From contig JAZKCY010000001.1 in the NCBI GenBank assembly GCA_040387855.1, forward strand, positions 317,857 through 381,856: a DNA stretch of 64,000 bases, given 5' to 3'. The translations under genes were made by a program, and so were the position numbers. The notes beneath the pieces are model-generated. The model did not search any database and was not told the origin of the DNA. It saw only the letters and a list, made by a program, of their open reading frames with translations. Positions 1-9,392 of this stretch are shown here, in pieces. Source of the stretch: Patescibacteria group bacterium (GTDB taxonomy: Bacteria; Patescibacteriota; Minisyncoccia; Phycocordibacterales; JAKAEA01). Numbering within the stretch: position 1 is the first letter of the stretch; each line of letters starts with the position of its first letter.

Positions 1-2
1 GA

Positions 3-902
3 CTTCTTGATGTATCAGCAGATGATTTGGCTCCAAAGAAAAGCTATTACGGAGCGGGAAGTGATTCATCATATGATTCTATTCAAATCTATTTGAAAGA
101 AATTGGTCAGTATCCACTATTAAACGCGTCACAGGAAAAAGATCTTGCAAAGCGAATTGAAAAGGGAGAACAAGAAGCTAAGAATCTTTTGGCACGAGCC
201 AACCTCCGACTTGTGGTTTCTATTGCCAAGAAGTATGTAGGCCGAAGTCCAGACCTTACCCTTTTGGATCTCATCCAGGAAGGGAACCTGGGCCTCTTTA
301 AGGCTGTAGACAAGTTTGATTGGACCAAAGGCTATAAATTCTCAACCTATGCAACCTGGTGGATCCGACAGGCTATTACACGTGCTCTAGCCGACCAATC
401 ACGAACTATTCGTGTTCCAGTGCACATGGTGGAAACAATTGCTAAGTATAAGCAGGTTGTACGACGACTTGCTCAAGATTTGGGACGAGATCCATTGCCT
501 GAAGAAATCGCTACAGAAATGGGAATGGATGTAGATAAGATTTACAATATCGAAAAGATTGACCAGAGTACTGTTTCACTTCAGAGTCCCGTAGGAGATG
601 ATGGGGGAGATAAAGAATCAGAACTTCAGGATTTCATTGCAGATGATAAAATTCTTTCTCCAGATCAAGATTCATCACGACGAATTATTGGTGATCAAGT
701 TCGTGAGATTCTCAATGATCTTCCAGAAAAAGAACGAAAGATTCTTGAATTGCGACACGGACTCATTGATGGCGTGCAGCACACACTTGAAGAAGTAGGT
801 AAAAAATTTGGTGTGACTCGAGAACGAATTCGACAGATTGAAGCGAAAGCTCATGAAAAGATTCGTCAGCACGAGAAAGTAAACCGGCTTCGAAACTATT
901 AA
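3..902 (+). CDS. rpoD: Primary sigma70 factor RpoD (5'-truncated by window edge)
   Basis: Region 1.2 ([11 protein letters not shown]), region 2 ([40 protein letters not shown]), region 4 ([20 protein letters not shown]). The frame is open back to position 3. Confidence 0.95.
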   Translation, partial: LLDVSADDLAPKKSYYGAGSDSSYDSIQIYLKEIGQYPLLNASQEKDLAKRIEKGEQEAKNLLARANLRLVVSIAKKYVGRSPDLTLLDLIQEGNLGLFKAVDKFDWTKGYKFSTYATWWIRQAITRALADQSRTIRVPVHMVETIAKYKQVVRRLAQDLGRDPLPEEIATEMGMDVDKIYNIEKIDQSTVSLQSPVGDDGGDKESELQDFIADDKILSPDQDSSRRIIGDQVREILNDLPEKERKILELRHGLIDGVQHTLEEVGKKFGVTRERIRQIEAKAHEKIRQHEKVNRLRNY

Positions 903-915
903 ATTTAAAAGAAAT

Positions 916-944
916 GATCCCGCTTATGGCGGGGTTGTTTTTTT
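916..944 (+). terminator. Intrinsic terminator after rpoD
   Basis: cccgc-ttatg-gcggg stem followed by a T-rich run. Confidence 0.7.
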
Positions 945-957
945 GCAAAAAAAAAGC

Positions 958-996
958 CTAATGACGAGTCCAATCTTTACGAAGGGAATGTTTCAT
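958..996 (-). CDS. Candidate 12-aa micropeptide MKHSLRKDWTRH
   Basis: Minus strand reads AAAGGAGGTacctaATG...TAG, with a near-perfect SD. The ORF lies inside a cctaatga/tcattagg hairpin followed by a T-run. Confidence 0.35.
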   Translation of the reverse strand: MKHSLRKDWTRH

Positions 997-1057
997 TAGG
1001 TACCTCCTTTCTAGGGGGTAAGGGTGAATTTGCATATCAGCGAAGTTGCTGAGTTTG

Positions 1058-1459
1058 CTAAGAACAGGTGCAGGGGTTCATGAGGTGCACAACCTTAAAT
1101 CGATTTGCACCTTTCATTACGCGTAGGATCTTCAGAACGAAATCGTCGCCGCTCATGTCTTTATTGATTCTGAGCTCGTAATCGTCTTTAACTTCTTTGA
1201 GAAGTACCTCCTTCGCCGATTCAACATCATGTTGATCGGTGATTGAAGGATCCGCTAGAATCTCCACTATTTGTCTAGCCATATTCGGTGCGGATTTGAC
1301 GAAGCGACCAGTGTCCTTCTTTTGCTTCTCCAGTCGAGCATCGAGTTCAGCTTTTTGCCTTGAGGGCAGGCAAGCTGGCTCTTCGAGAGGGTTTGGGGTT
1401 TCTCTTAGGATGACCTTCCTTGGTCCGTAAGTACCGGTAGGAAGTAGAAGCGGATGCAT
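1058..1459 (-). CDS. Hypothetical protein (SD-led, higher-GC class)
   Basis: 133-aa ORF with SD GAGG and its own sigma70 promoter upstream. Confidence 0.65.
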   Translation of the reverse strand: MHPLLLPTGTYGPRKVILRETPNPLEEPACLPSRQKAELDARLEKQKKDTGRFVKSAPNMARQIVEILADPSITDQHDVESAKEVLLKEVKDDYELRINKDMSGDDFVLKILRVMKGANRFKVVHLMNPCTCS

Positions 1460-1507
1460 AAAACCTCACGCAGGGACAATCCCCAACATATCTCAACTCC
1501 ATCTATT

Positions 1508-1536
1508 ATAGTATCATATTTAAGCACATGAGTCAA
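1508..1536 (-). promoter_or_regulatory. sigma70 promoter for 1058..1459
   Basis: TTGACT-N17-TACTAT with extended TG. Confidence 0.7.
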
Positions 1537-1580
1537 GTGTCTGTTGGGCTGTGATTTTGGTGTGTTATAATAGGTATATT

Positions 1581-4500
1581 ATGGCTACAAATCAACGTTT
1601 CCAAGAGCTTTATACTCGACTAAATCCCGAGCAGAAAAAGGCAGTAGATACGATTGATGGCCCTGTTATGGTTATTGCTGGACCTGGTACTGGAAAAACT
1701 CAGATTCTTACTTTGCGTATTGCAAATATTTTGAAAGAAACTGATGCGGGACCTGACTCTATTTTAGCTCTTACATTTACCGAGTCGGGAGTGCATGCTA
1801 TGCGAAAGCGATTGGTAGATATTATTGGCAGTGCTGCGTACAAAGTCATGATTACTACATTTCATGGTTTTGCCAATGATGTGATTAAAAATTTCCCTGA
1901 AGAGTTTCCACGAATTATTGGTGCAAATAATGCTACTGATATCGATCAGATTAGATTAATGGAAGGTGTGCTTCAGTCGCTGAGCCTTGAACGGCTAAAA
2001 CCATACGGCGATCCTTTGTATTATGTGCGACCCATTTTGCAAGAGATAAAGCATCTTAAACGTGAAAACATAGATCCTGATGAACTAGAAAAGATAGTTG
2101 CCAAGCAACAAAAAGATTTTGATGTAATTCCTGATTTATACTATGAAAAAGGAGCCTATAAAGGCAAAATGAAAGGCGCATACAAAGATCTTGAAAAGCA
2201 GATTGAAAAAAACAAAGAATTAATTCTTGCATATAGAGGTTATGAGGTAGCCCTTACTAAAGAACGCCTGTTTGATTTTGAAGATATGATTATGGAGGTG
2301 GTGCGGGCAATGAAACGCAATGAAGATTTGCGTTTGCGATTGCAAGAAAAATATCAATATGTGCTTGCCGATGAACATCAGGATGCAAATCAAGCACAAA
2401 ACAGTATTTTGGAGCAGCTTTCAAGCTTTCATGATAACCCCAATCTTTTTATTGTGGGAGATGAAAAGCAAGCAATCTTTCGATTTCAAGGTGCATCACT
2501 TGAAAACTTTCTGTATTTCAAGCGTATCTACCCACAAGCCTCTTTAATTAGTTTAGTTTCAAACTATAGATCTCATCAGACTATTCTCGATGGATCCCAT
2601 AGTGTTATTGAAAAAAATAAAGTAGAAGATGCAAGCTTACGTGTACAACTACAGTCTCAAAGCAAGCTCGTACCTGAAAAAATTCGAATTGCTAACTTTT
2701 TAAAAGTAGAGGATGAGTATCTATTTTTACTAAAAGATATAGAAGATAAAATTAGATCTGGAATTTCTCCCTCTGAAATAGCTATTTTATTTAGAAATAA
2801 TAAAGATGTTTTTCCATTAGTAAAAACATTTGAAAAAACGGCTGTGCCTTTTTCTGTGGAATCTGGACAAGATGTATTGTCTGACGATGATATTTATAAA
2901 TTATTGCTCATTCTCCGTGCCATAAATGAACTTGGAAATAATGCATTACTCATGGATGTTATGTTTATTGATTTCCTCAAGCTCAGTCATATCGATGTAT
3001 TTAGAATTTCCACATATGCAAAGTCACAACGAATTTCTATCTATGATTGTCTCAGAGATGAAAGTTATTTGAATGAGGCCGGAGTCCATAATGTTGAGAA
3101 ATTTGTAGCTTTAAATGAAAAGCTTTCAGACTGGGCATCACTTGCTAAGAATAAAAACATTGTAGACTTTTTTGAGCATATTGTACGAGAGTCGGGATTT
3201 CTTGAGTATATACTTTCTCATAATGGATCATTGGATAAATTGCATAAGCTTGAAGCTTTTTTTGGTGAAGTTAAAAGAGTCGCTCAGAATCATAAAGAAT
3301 ATAAGTTGCGTGATTTTATTACGTATTTAGATTTGCTTAAATCTCACAAGATTTTAATTTCTTCCCAAAATACGAGCGAATCTCGTCAGGGGGTTCGACT
3401 TATGACAGCTCATCGATCAAAAGGATTGGAATTTGATCATGTGTATATAATTGGAGCATGTGATGGTCATTGGGGAAATAAGCGGGATGTGAAGTATTTT
3501 AAAGTTCCACTACCTGGACATAAAGAAGAATATGACGCTATTGATGATGAGCGAAGATTGTTTTATGTGGCACTCACACGTGCTCGAAAAGGATTAACTA
3601 TTACATGGTGTAGTCAGAGTCTAGAAGGAAAGATAGATCAGTTACCATCCCAGTTTTTAGAAGAAATTGCTGAAGATCATAAAGAGCAGATTGATGTTGA
3701 GACTATCCCTAAGCATGAATTAGCCGTACCTAGTTTTTCATTTGCTCCACAATTGAATTTTGGCATTGATCTTAAGGATAAAGAATTCTTAAAAAAGTTA
3801 TTCTTAGATCAAGGTATGGCAGTGACTGCTCTTAACAATTATTTAGACTGCCCATGGAAATGGTTTTTTCAAAATTTGGTGCGAATTCCTCAGCCACAGA
3901 GTAAACATCAATTGTATGGAACTGCAGTACATGAAACGCTCAAATTCTTTTTTGATAAATACAGAATAGAAGAAGATCTGACTAAAGACAGGTTATTAGA
4001 AGTACTAGAAGATAACCTTCGTAAAAAGCCTTTTGAATTAAGAGATTACGAAGACTCACTTAAAAAGGGAAGAGAAGCACTTAGTTTATATTTTGATTTG
4101 TATAAAAACAATTGGCCACGAGCTCTACTTACTGAATTTACTATATCTGGTATTCCTATTAGTTTTGAAGGTTCTGATGCTACACAGCACATTTTGAACC
4201 TTAGAGGACAGCTCGATAAAATAGAATTGGATAACGCGCCCTATGTAACGGTTATAGACTATAAAACAAAAAAGCCAATGACTCGTAATGAGATCGAAGG
4301 TAAGACTAAAAATTCTGATGGGGGATACAAACGCCAGTTGGTATTCTATAAGCTGCTCTTAGATAGATTTGAAGAAAATAAATATACAATGACTACGGGA
4401 ATTATTGATTTTCTTGAATCTGATACAGAAGGGCGATTTAAGAAAGAAGCATTCACTATTAGCCAGGAAGAAGTAGATGAATTAGAAATACTCATCAAAA

Positions 4501-4604
4501 AAACTGCCAAAGAAATTTATGATTTTTCTTTTTGGCAGTCTGTTTGTTCTAAGAAAGATTGTGAATTTTGTAGATTGAGAAAACTAATGGAACAAAAAAG
4601 CTAA
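1581..4604 (+). CDS. UvrD/PcrA-like ATP-dependent DNA helicase with C-terminal PD-(D/E)XK nuclease domain
   Basis: AGPGTGKT Walker A, DEHQD, VGDEKQAIFRFQGA, TAHRSKGLEF, RLFYVALTRA. C-terminal GQLDKIE..IDYKT plus Cys residues. Start moved to ATG 1581, 9 nt after TGtTATAAT. Confidence 0.9.
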   Translation: MATNQRFQELYTRLNPEQKKAVDTIDGPVMVIAGPGTGKTQILTLRIANILKETDAGPDSILALTFTESGVHAMRKRLVDIIGSAAYKVMITTFHGFANDVIKNFPEEFPRIIGANNATDIDQIRLMEGVLQSLSLERLKPYGDPLYYVRPILQEIKHLKRENIDPDELEKIVAKQQKDFDVIPDLYYEKGAYKGKMKGAYKDLEKQIEKNKELILAYRGYEVALTKERLFDFEDMIMEVVRAMKRNEDLRLRLQEKYQYVLADEHQDANQAQNSILEQLSSFHDNPNLFIVGDEKQAIFRFQGASLENFLYFKRIYPQASLISLVSNYRSHQTILDGSHSVIEKNKVEDASLRVQLQSQSKLVPEKIRIANFLKVEDEYLFLLKDIEDKIRSGISPSEIAILFRNNKDVFPLVKTFEKTAVPFSVESGQDVLSDDDIYKLLLILRAINELGNNALLMDVMFIDFLKLSHIDVFRISTYAKSQRISIYDCLRDESYLNEAGVHNVEKFVALNEKLSDWASLAKNKNIVDFFEHIVRESGFLEYILSHNGSLDKLHKLEAFFGEVKRVAQNHKEYKLRDFITYLDLLKSHKILISSQNTSESRQGVRLMTAHRSKGLEFDHVYIIGACDGHWGNKRDVKYFKVPLPGHKEEYDAIDDERRLFYVALTRARKGLTITWCSQSLEGKIDQLPSQFLEEIAEDHKEQIDVETIPKHELAVPSFSFAPQLNFGIDLKDKEFLKKLFLDQGMAVTALNNYLDCPWKWFFQNLVRIPQPQSKHQLYGTAVHETLKFFFDKYRIEEDLTKDRLLEVLEDNLRKKPFELRDYEDSLKKGREALSLYFDLYKNNWPRALLTEFTISGIPISFEGSDATQHILNLRGQLDKIELDNAPYVTVIDYKTKKPMTRNEIEGKTKNSDGGYKRQLVFYKLLLDRFEENKYTMTTGIIDFLESDTEGRFKKEAFTISQEEVDELEILIKKTAKEIYDFSFWQSVCSKKDCEFCRLRKLMEQKS

Positions 4605-5447
4605 TTATTTGTAGTTGGCTTGAATGATGAGCTGAATAATCTGATCCATAACAGTAGCTTGCATTGCACCACTTACGATTAATTTAGTTCCATCATTTGA
4701 TACTGAGAATGGTGCCATACCTCCTGTGCCTTGGCGAGTGAGAATTTGTAGGTTGGTTTGTTCAATGAAATCGATAGTTGCTCTATTGAGAGGTGCTTCT
4801 GAAATGATTACTGTATGAGGAGTTCCAACGGCACCAGCGCTTACTGCCTCATCATATTGCTGCTTAACTTTTGTTGCATACTTTCCACTTGTGAGACATG
4901 TTGAGAACTTTGCTTTGTCGATTCCAATACTTTCAGCAAGAACTGGAAGCTGTGATACTTCAATACCTACGTATTTATCGGTAGCACTTGTTTGGAAATG
5001 TTTTGCAGCAAATACTTTGTTGAGGTACTCCCAGAATTTATCGTTGCCACCAATTTCTGCCGCACATTCTGTAGCTTCAGCTTCTTTTGGTGCGCGTTCA
5101 TGAAAAGCAAAATGTCGATATGCCCATGCGAGTTTGCCATCTTTACCATATTTGTCTACAAGTTTTTGTAACTCAGGATGAAATCGCTGACAAAATGGAC
5201 AATCTGTATCTGAGAACTCAATCATAGAAACCTTGGCATTTGGATTACCTAAGACATGATCTGCTGGAGTTACTGGATTTACGGTGATACTGAGTGACTG
5301 GGTTGCTTGTTTTGCAACTGGACTATCTTTTTTAACAAGAAAGATAGCTCCAGCAATAATAATACCTGCAATAATAATTGAAAATGGCAGTAAGACATTT
5401 GTCTTCGCCGGTTGAGGCTGGTGATCTTGGTAATGATTTTGATCCAT
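4605..5447 (-). CDS. Membrane-anchored DsbA/thioredoxin-family protein
   Basis: N-terminal TM, EFSDTDCPFC active site, GTP cis-Pro motif. Confidence 0.9.
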   Translation of the reverse strand: MDQNHYQDHQPQPAKTNVLLPFSIIIAGIIIAGAIFLVKKDSPVAKQATQSLSITVNPVTPADHVLGNPNAKVSMIEFSDTDCPFCQRFHPELQKLVDKYGKDGKLAWAYRHFAFHERAPKEAEATECAAEIGGNDKFWEYLNKVFAAKHFQTSATDKYVGIEVSQLPVLAESIGIDKAKFSTCLTSGKYATKVKQQYDEAVSAGAVGTPHTVIISEAPLNRATIDFIEQTNLQILTRQGTGGMAPFSVSNDGTKLIVSGAMQATVMDQIIQLIIQANYK

Positions 5448-5530
5448 AGTAAATGACAATTAGTATGGATATATTCTACCATGGATGACATTTCAAGAAA
5501 ATAAAAAAGCTCTGTCCAGATGGGCAGGGC

Positions 5531-5905
5531 TTATGCGGCTTCGACGACTTCATGTTGAAGCATAACCAGATCTATGTGTTTGTCCGCAGGCTGACCTGCC
5601 AGCAACTTGTTGATCTGGTAGCGAGCAAGCATGAGGCACGCATTCGGCAGGGACTGGTAGCAGTCCCATCTCAAGACCAGCGAATAGCAAAGGGTCTTGT
5701 CGCACGTGCACAGATGGGGCCACACGGTGGCGTCCATTTCCCAGGGCGGGGTCTTGGCAACTAGCTTCTGATCGTAGATCTGCTTGCTGCTTTGCCTGAG
5801 TACGTCCATGCATTGGGGAAGGAAGTCGTCGATGAGGAACCTCCTCCAGTCGTGGGACCTGCCGAGCATTGCCGCCAGATCCATAACTACTTGATTCGTA
5901 AGCAC
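5531..5905 (-). CDS. Hypothetical protein (GC-rich, SD-led class)
   Basis: GGAGGT 5 nt before GTG, terminator hairpin at about 5503-5530, GC clearly above the flanks. Confidence 0.65.
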   Translation of the reverse strand: MLTNQVVMDLAAMLGRSHDWRRFLIDDFLPQCMDVLRQSSKQIYDQKLVAKTPPWEMDATVWPHLCTCDKTLCYSLVLRWDCYQSLPNACLMLARYQINKLLAGQPADKHIDLVMLQHEVVEAA

Positions 5906-5995
5906 GTCACACCTCCGTGTGCTAGGGACAGGGACGTCGTTTATGAGTCACTACCACTAGTATATAAAGACGGATGAGTTCGGTCCAGCTTACAA

Positions 5996-6571
5996 TTAGA
6001 AAGGAAGGGTATGGGTGAGTGAACTTTCATCAATATCATCCCAATTATTTGTATCAAGTGGAATAGTAATTATTTTGCCAGCATCTTTATATTTAAGTTT
6101 GCTGTTTTTAAGTGCGTAGTCATACACCTTTTTTGTAATTTTCACGTCATCCAAACAGTACTGGCGAATTTTCTCAATTTCACCTTGCTTCCACCAGGTG
6201 ATAGCCTGTAAACCGTGCCCAGATTTATTAATATTTAAAGTTCCTTCAGCAATACTATCTAATTTAAATCTGCGTCCTGTAGCATTCTTAATTTCTTTAA
6301 GTAAATCCAAACTTTTTATTTTAGTAAGATCTCCAGGATAGTATTTATTGAGCAGAGGAATATCAAAATGATCAGAATTATATCCAATCAAAATATCTGC
6401 TTTTTCTATAATCGGCCACAATTGGTTTAACTCTTCTTGAAGGTAACTTGTATACTTATTTGTTTCAGAATCCCATACACCTACGAGGGAAAGATCAAGA
6501 AGGGTTGGATCATTTTTACCGACATCTGAAAACATATTTCGGGTTTCAATATCGAAAATAATTTTACGCAT
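5996..6571 (-). CDS. RNase H-like DEDD 3'-5' exonuclease family protein (YprB-like)
   Basis: FDIET, GYNSDHFDIP and YCLDDV motifs. Confidence 0.8.
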   Translation of the reverse strand: MRKIIFDIETRNMFSDVGKNDPTLLDLSLVGVWDSETNKYTSYLQEELNQLWPIIEKADILIGYNSDHFDIPLLNKYYPGDLTKIKSLDLLKEIKNATGRRFKLDSIAEGTLNINKSGHGLQAITWWKQGEIEKIRQYCLDDVKITKKVYDYALKNSKLKYKDAGKIITIPLDTNNWDDIDESSLTHTLPF

Positions 6572-6574
6572 ACG

Positions 6575-7897
6575 TTATGTTCGTTTTAGGTAATCAATAA
6601 TTTCTTGTTCGTTTGCGAAAGAAGCTTCTGTTTTAGTTGCCAATTCTTTTACAGTAAACTTTTTATCTTTAATCTCATTTTCGCCAATAACCATAATAAA
6701 CGGTATTGCATGCTTATCTGCCCATTTGATTTGATCTCCAACTTTTCTACCAGTGATATCTACTACAGCATTTATACCTTTGCTGCGAAGTGTTTGAGCT
6801 AGGTTTGATGTATATGCAAGTGAAGATTCATCAAATGGACAAAGTGCGATTTGGGTTTTAGAACTAAACTGGGGAAGTAAATTGTGAGTCTCAAGAAAAT
6901 CTCGAATAGTAACATCACCCATACCAAATCCTACTGCAGGAACCTTTTCTACATCAAATACAGCAAGTAATTCATCAAATCTTCCACCTCCAAAAAGTGA
7001 TCGTACATTTGCGGGATCTGTATCATTAACTTCAAATACTATTCCTGTATAGTAATCAAAACCACGAGCAAGGGTTGGATCAAAAACAGCATTTGTGATT
7101 CCAGCTGATGAGAGCTTTTCAAGGAGCTCTTTCGTTTCTGCAAAACCGTTGATTTCTTGTGATGTTTTGTCAGCTAAACGTTTTTGAAGTTCATCAATAT
7201 TCTGCGCATTGAGAGCTAGTACAAAATTATCTGTCTGATCATTCAAGATTTCTTGTATTTGATTTTTGAACTCATCTGCTGAGATCTTCTTTTTCTTATC
7301 TATGAGTTTTGTAATTCTGTATGCATCTTCTTCTTTGAGATTAAATGCATCATGTAATATAAAGTTGAGAATTTTTCTGTTGTTGATGCTTATTTTGAAA
7401 TCTCTTTCTTCTGCACCAAAATGTTTCATAACTGCATGAGCTGTAGAAATAATTTCTACTTCTGCATTAATACCACTAATTCCAAAGAGATCTACATTGA
7501 GTTGGTAGTGTTCTCGCAGACGTCCACGCTGTGGTTTTTCATATCTAAAAAGATTGGGAATAGAATACCATCGAAGAGGGAATGAAAGCTCTTTTCGTTT
7601 TGCTGCAACCATACGAGTTACTGTAGGTGTCATTTCTGGACGTAGTGTTACATCTCTGTCGCCTCTATCTTTGAAAGAGTATGTTTGTTCATTAACAATT
7701 TCTTCTCCAGACTTTGCTTTATACAGCTCGGTTGGTTCTAAAATAGATGCTGCATATTCTTCATAACCAAAGCTTTCAACTGCTTTACGCATAGTAGAGA
7801 AAATATGGTTTTGGATAAACATATCTTCAGGATAAAAGTCCCGAACACCTTTATATGGCTCCGTTCCAAGAGATTTCTTTGTGTTTTCGTCGTTCAT
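6575..7897 (-). CDS. hisS: Histidyl-tRNA synthetase
   Basis: KGVRDF, LRPEMT, FRYEKPQRGRLREHYQ, RGFDYYTG, GGGRFD and an anticodon-binding domain. Likely true start is ATG 7897. Confidence 0.97.
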   Translation of the reverse strand: MNDENTKKSLGTEPYKGVRDFYPEDMFIQNHIFSTMRKAVESFGYEEYAASILEPTELYKAKSGEEIVNEQTYSFKDRGDRDVTLRPEMTPTVTRMVAAKRKELSFPLRWYSIPNLFRYEKPQRGRLREHYQLNVDLFGISGINAEVEIISTAHAVMKHFGAEERDFKISINNRKILNFILHDAFNLKEEDAYRITKLIDKKKKISADEFKNQIQEILNDQTDNFVLALNAQNIDELQKRLADKTSQEINGFAETKELLEKLSSAGITNAVFDPTLARGFDYYTGIVFEVNDTDPANVRSLFGGGRFDELLAVFDVEKVPAVGFGMGDVTIRDFLETHNLLPQFSSKTQIALCPFDESSLAYTSNLAQTLRSKGINAVVDITGRKVGDQIKWADKHAIPFIMVIGENEIKDKKFTVKELATKTEASFANEQEIIDYLKRT

Positions 7898-7914
7898 GAG
7901 GTAGATTCTACCAT
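7898..7914. promoter_or_regulatory. Bidirectional overlapping -10 elements for leaderless hisS and truB
   Basis: Palindrome GGTAGA-T-TCTACC. TAGATT (+) and TAGAAT (-) each lie 7 nt before the respective ATG. Confidence 0.65.
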
Positions 7915-8637
7915 ATGGAACTAGTCTACAAAAGAAGAGGTCAAACGCCACTCCAAGCACTCGATGAACTACGGGGTCAAAAACTAGACTACAAAGATAC
8001 AGCTTTAAGTTATGCGGGGCGACTTGATCCTATGGCCGAGGGACTTATGCTTGTGCTCGTAGGGGAAGAAAATAAAGAACGTGAAAAGTATTTGAATCTT
8101 GATAAAGATTATGTAGTAGATATTTTGTTTGGGATTGAAACTGATACGTATGATGGATTGGGGAAGATATCTGAGATTAAAAATACTGAAATAGAAATAC
8201 TAAATCTGGATAAATATATAGGTAAGTTTGTTCAAGAATATCCACCATATTCATCAAAGCCTGTAAACGGAAAGCCCATGTTTGAATGGGCGAGAGAAGG
8301 TAAATTAGATGAAATAGAAATTCCTACGAAAAAAGTTGAAATATTTTCATGTGAAATTCTATCTAAGAATGTTATTTCAGGTAAAGAACTTATAGAAAAT
8401 GCAGAATTAGATAGCACTTTAATTACTGGTGATTTTAGACAAGAAGAAATTCTTAGTTCTTGGAAGAATGCATTAAAAGAACATGAGAGTAGTGTTTTTA
8501 GTGTGCTAAAAATAAAAGTTTCATGTTCAAGTGGTACGTATATGAGGAGTTTTGCTCATAACCTTGGCAAAGAATTATCGTGCGGTGCAATTGCATATCG
8601 TATTAAACGTACGAAAGTGGGGGAATGGGTAATCTAA
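7915..8637 (+). CDS. truB: tRNA pseudouridine(55) synthase TruB-like
   Basis: YAGRLDPMAEGL, ETDTYDGLG, QEYPPYSS, CSSGTYMRS. Confidence 0.88.
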   Translation: MELVYKRRGQTPLQALDELRGQKLDYKDTALSYAGRLDPMAEGLMLVLVGEENKEREKYLNLDKDYVVDILFGIETDTYDGLGKISEIKNTEIEILNLDKYIGKFVQEYPPYSSKPVNGKPMFEWAREGKLDEIEIPTKKVEIFSCEILSKNVISGKELIENAELDSTLITGDFRQEEILSSWKNALKEHESSVFSVLKIKVSCSSGTYMRSFAHNLGKELSCGAIAYRIKRTKVGEWVI

Positions 8638-8757
8638 GCTCATCCTTGCATTTTTATGGCCTCTTGATATATTAGAGCCAATCGTAAGGTTCTCGTTCGA
8701 TCCTAAGTAATTAGTAGAAGAGAGGTCGCATACGATGTAAGTTAACGTATAAAGGAT

Positions 8758-9054
8758 ATGTCAAAAAAATTGTACATTGGAGGAGTGTCATACAATACGA
8801 CACAGCAAGGCCTTCAGGAAGCTTTTGAGAAATTCGGAAAAGTTGTCTCTGCCCAGATCATTATGGACAAGATGACAGGACGATCTCGAGGTTTCGGTTT
8901 CATTGAAATTGAGGACGCAGATGCAGAAGCAGCAATCAACGGTATGAATGGTGCTACTCTCGACGGCCGAAAGCTCATTGTAAACGAAGCAAAGCCTATG
9001 GTTCCACGGGACCAGTATAAGCGAGCTCCAATGGGAGACCGACAGAGTTACTAA
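8758..9054 (+). CDS. RRM RNA-binding protein
   Basis: RNP2 LYIGGV and RNP1 RGFGFIEI. Confidence 0.93.
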   Translation: MSKKLYIGGVSYNTTQQGLQEAFEKFGKVVSAQIIMDKMTGRSRGFGFIEIEDADAEAAINGMNGATLDGRKLIVNEAKPMVPRDQYKRAPMGDRQSY

Positions 9055-9073
9055 ATTCTAAGGTTTTCTACAA

Positions 9074-9113
9074 AACAAAAATCCCGAACCGAAAGGTGAG
9101 GGATTTTTGTTTG
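9074..9113. terminator. Bidirectional terminator
   Basis: acaaaaatccc...gggatttttgt inverted repeat between convergent genes. Confidence 0.7.
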
Positions 9114-9114
9114 C

Positions 9115-9321
9115 TTAAATCAGACCTAATTTATTCTTTATAACTCGGTTATCATCTTCAAGATTAGTGATTCTTCGTTCTTGGCTTGAGGTGTTTTTCT
9201 CGACGGTTACTAATCTTGATTCTATTCGATCAAATCTTGCATCGACTTTATCAAATCGATCAGACATTTGGCCTGAAAGTGAATTTATAAGAGTTTCTAA
9301 TCTTTGAAATCCTTGTTCCAT
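9115..9321 (-). CDS. Small coiled-coil protein
   Basis: Heptad-like RFDKVDARFDRIESRL pattern. Confidence 0.6.
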   Translation of the reverse strand: MEQGFQRLETLINSLSGQMSDRFDKVDARFDRIESRLVTVEKNTSSQERRITNLEDDNRVIKNKLGLI

Positions 9322-9392
9322 ATAGATCTATTTTATTCTTGTTAATGCTCCAAGTAAAGCACATCAAGATAAAATAAAACTGAAGTAGGGAA

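Noticed and set aside
7898-7960. ORF-track N-terminal extensions (hisS 7960; likewise 44831, 40289, 38662, 11483)
   Set aside because: They overlap neighbouring genes or promoters. Downstream ATGs fit the -10/SD positions and domain starts better.
8681-8757. Structured leader of the RRM gene (atcgta...tacgat) as a riboswitch or ncRNA
   Set aside because: Only a short closing stem is evident, with no recognisable family.
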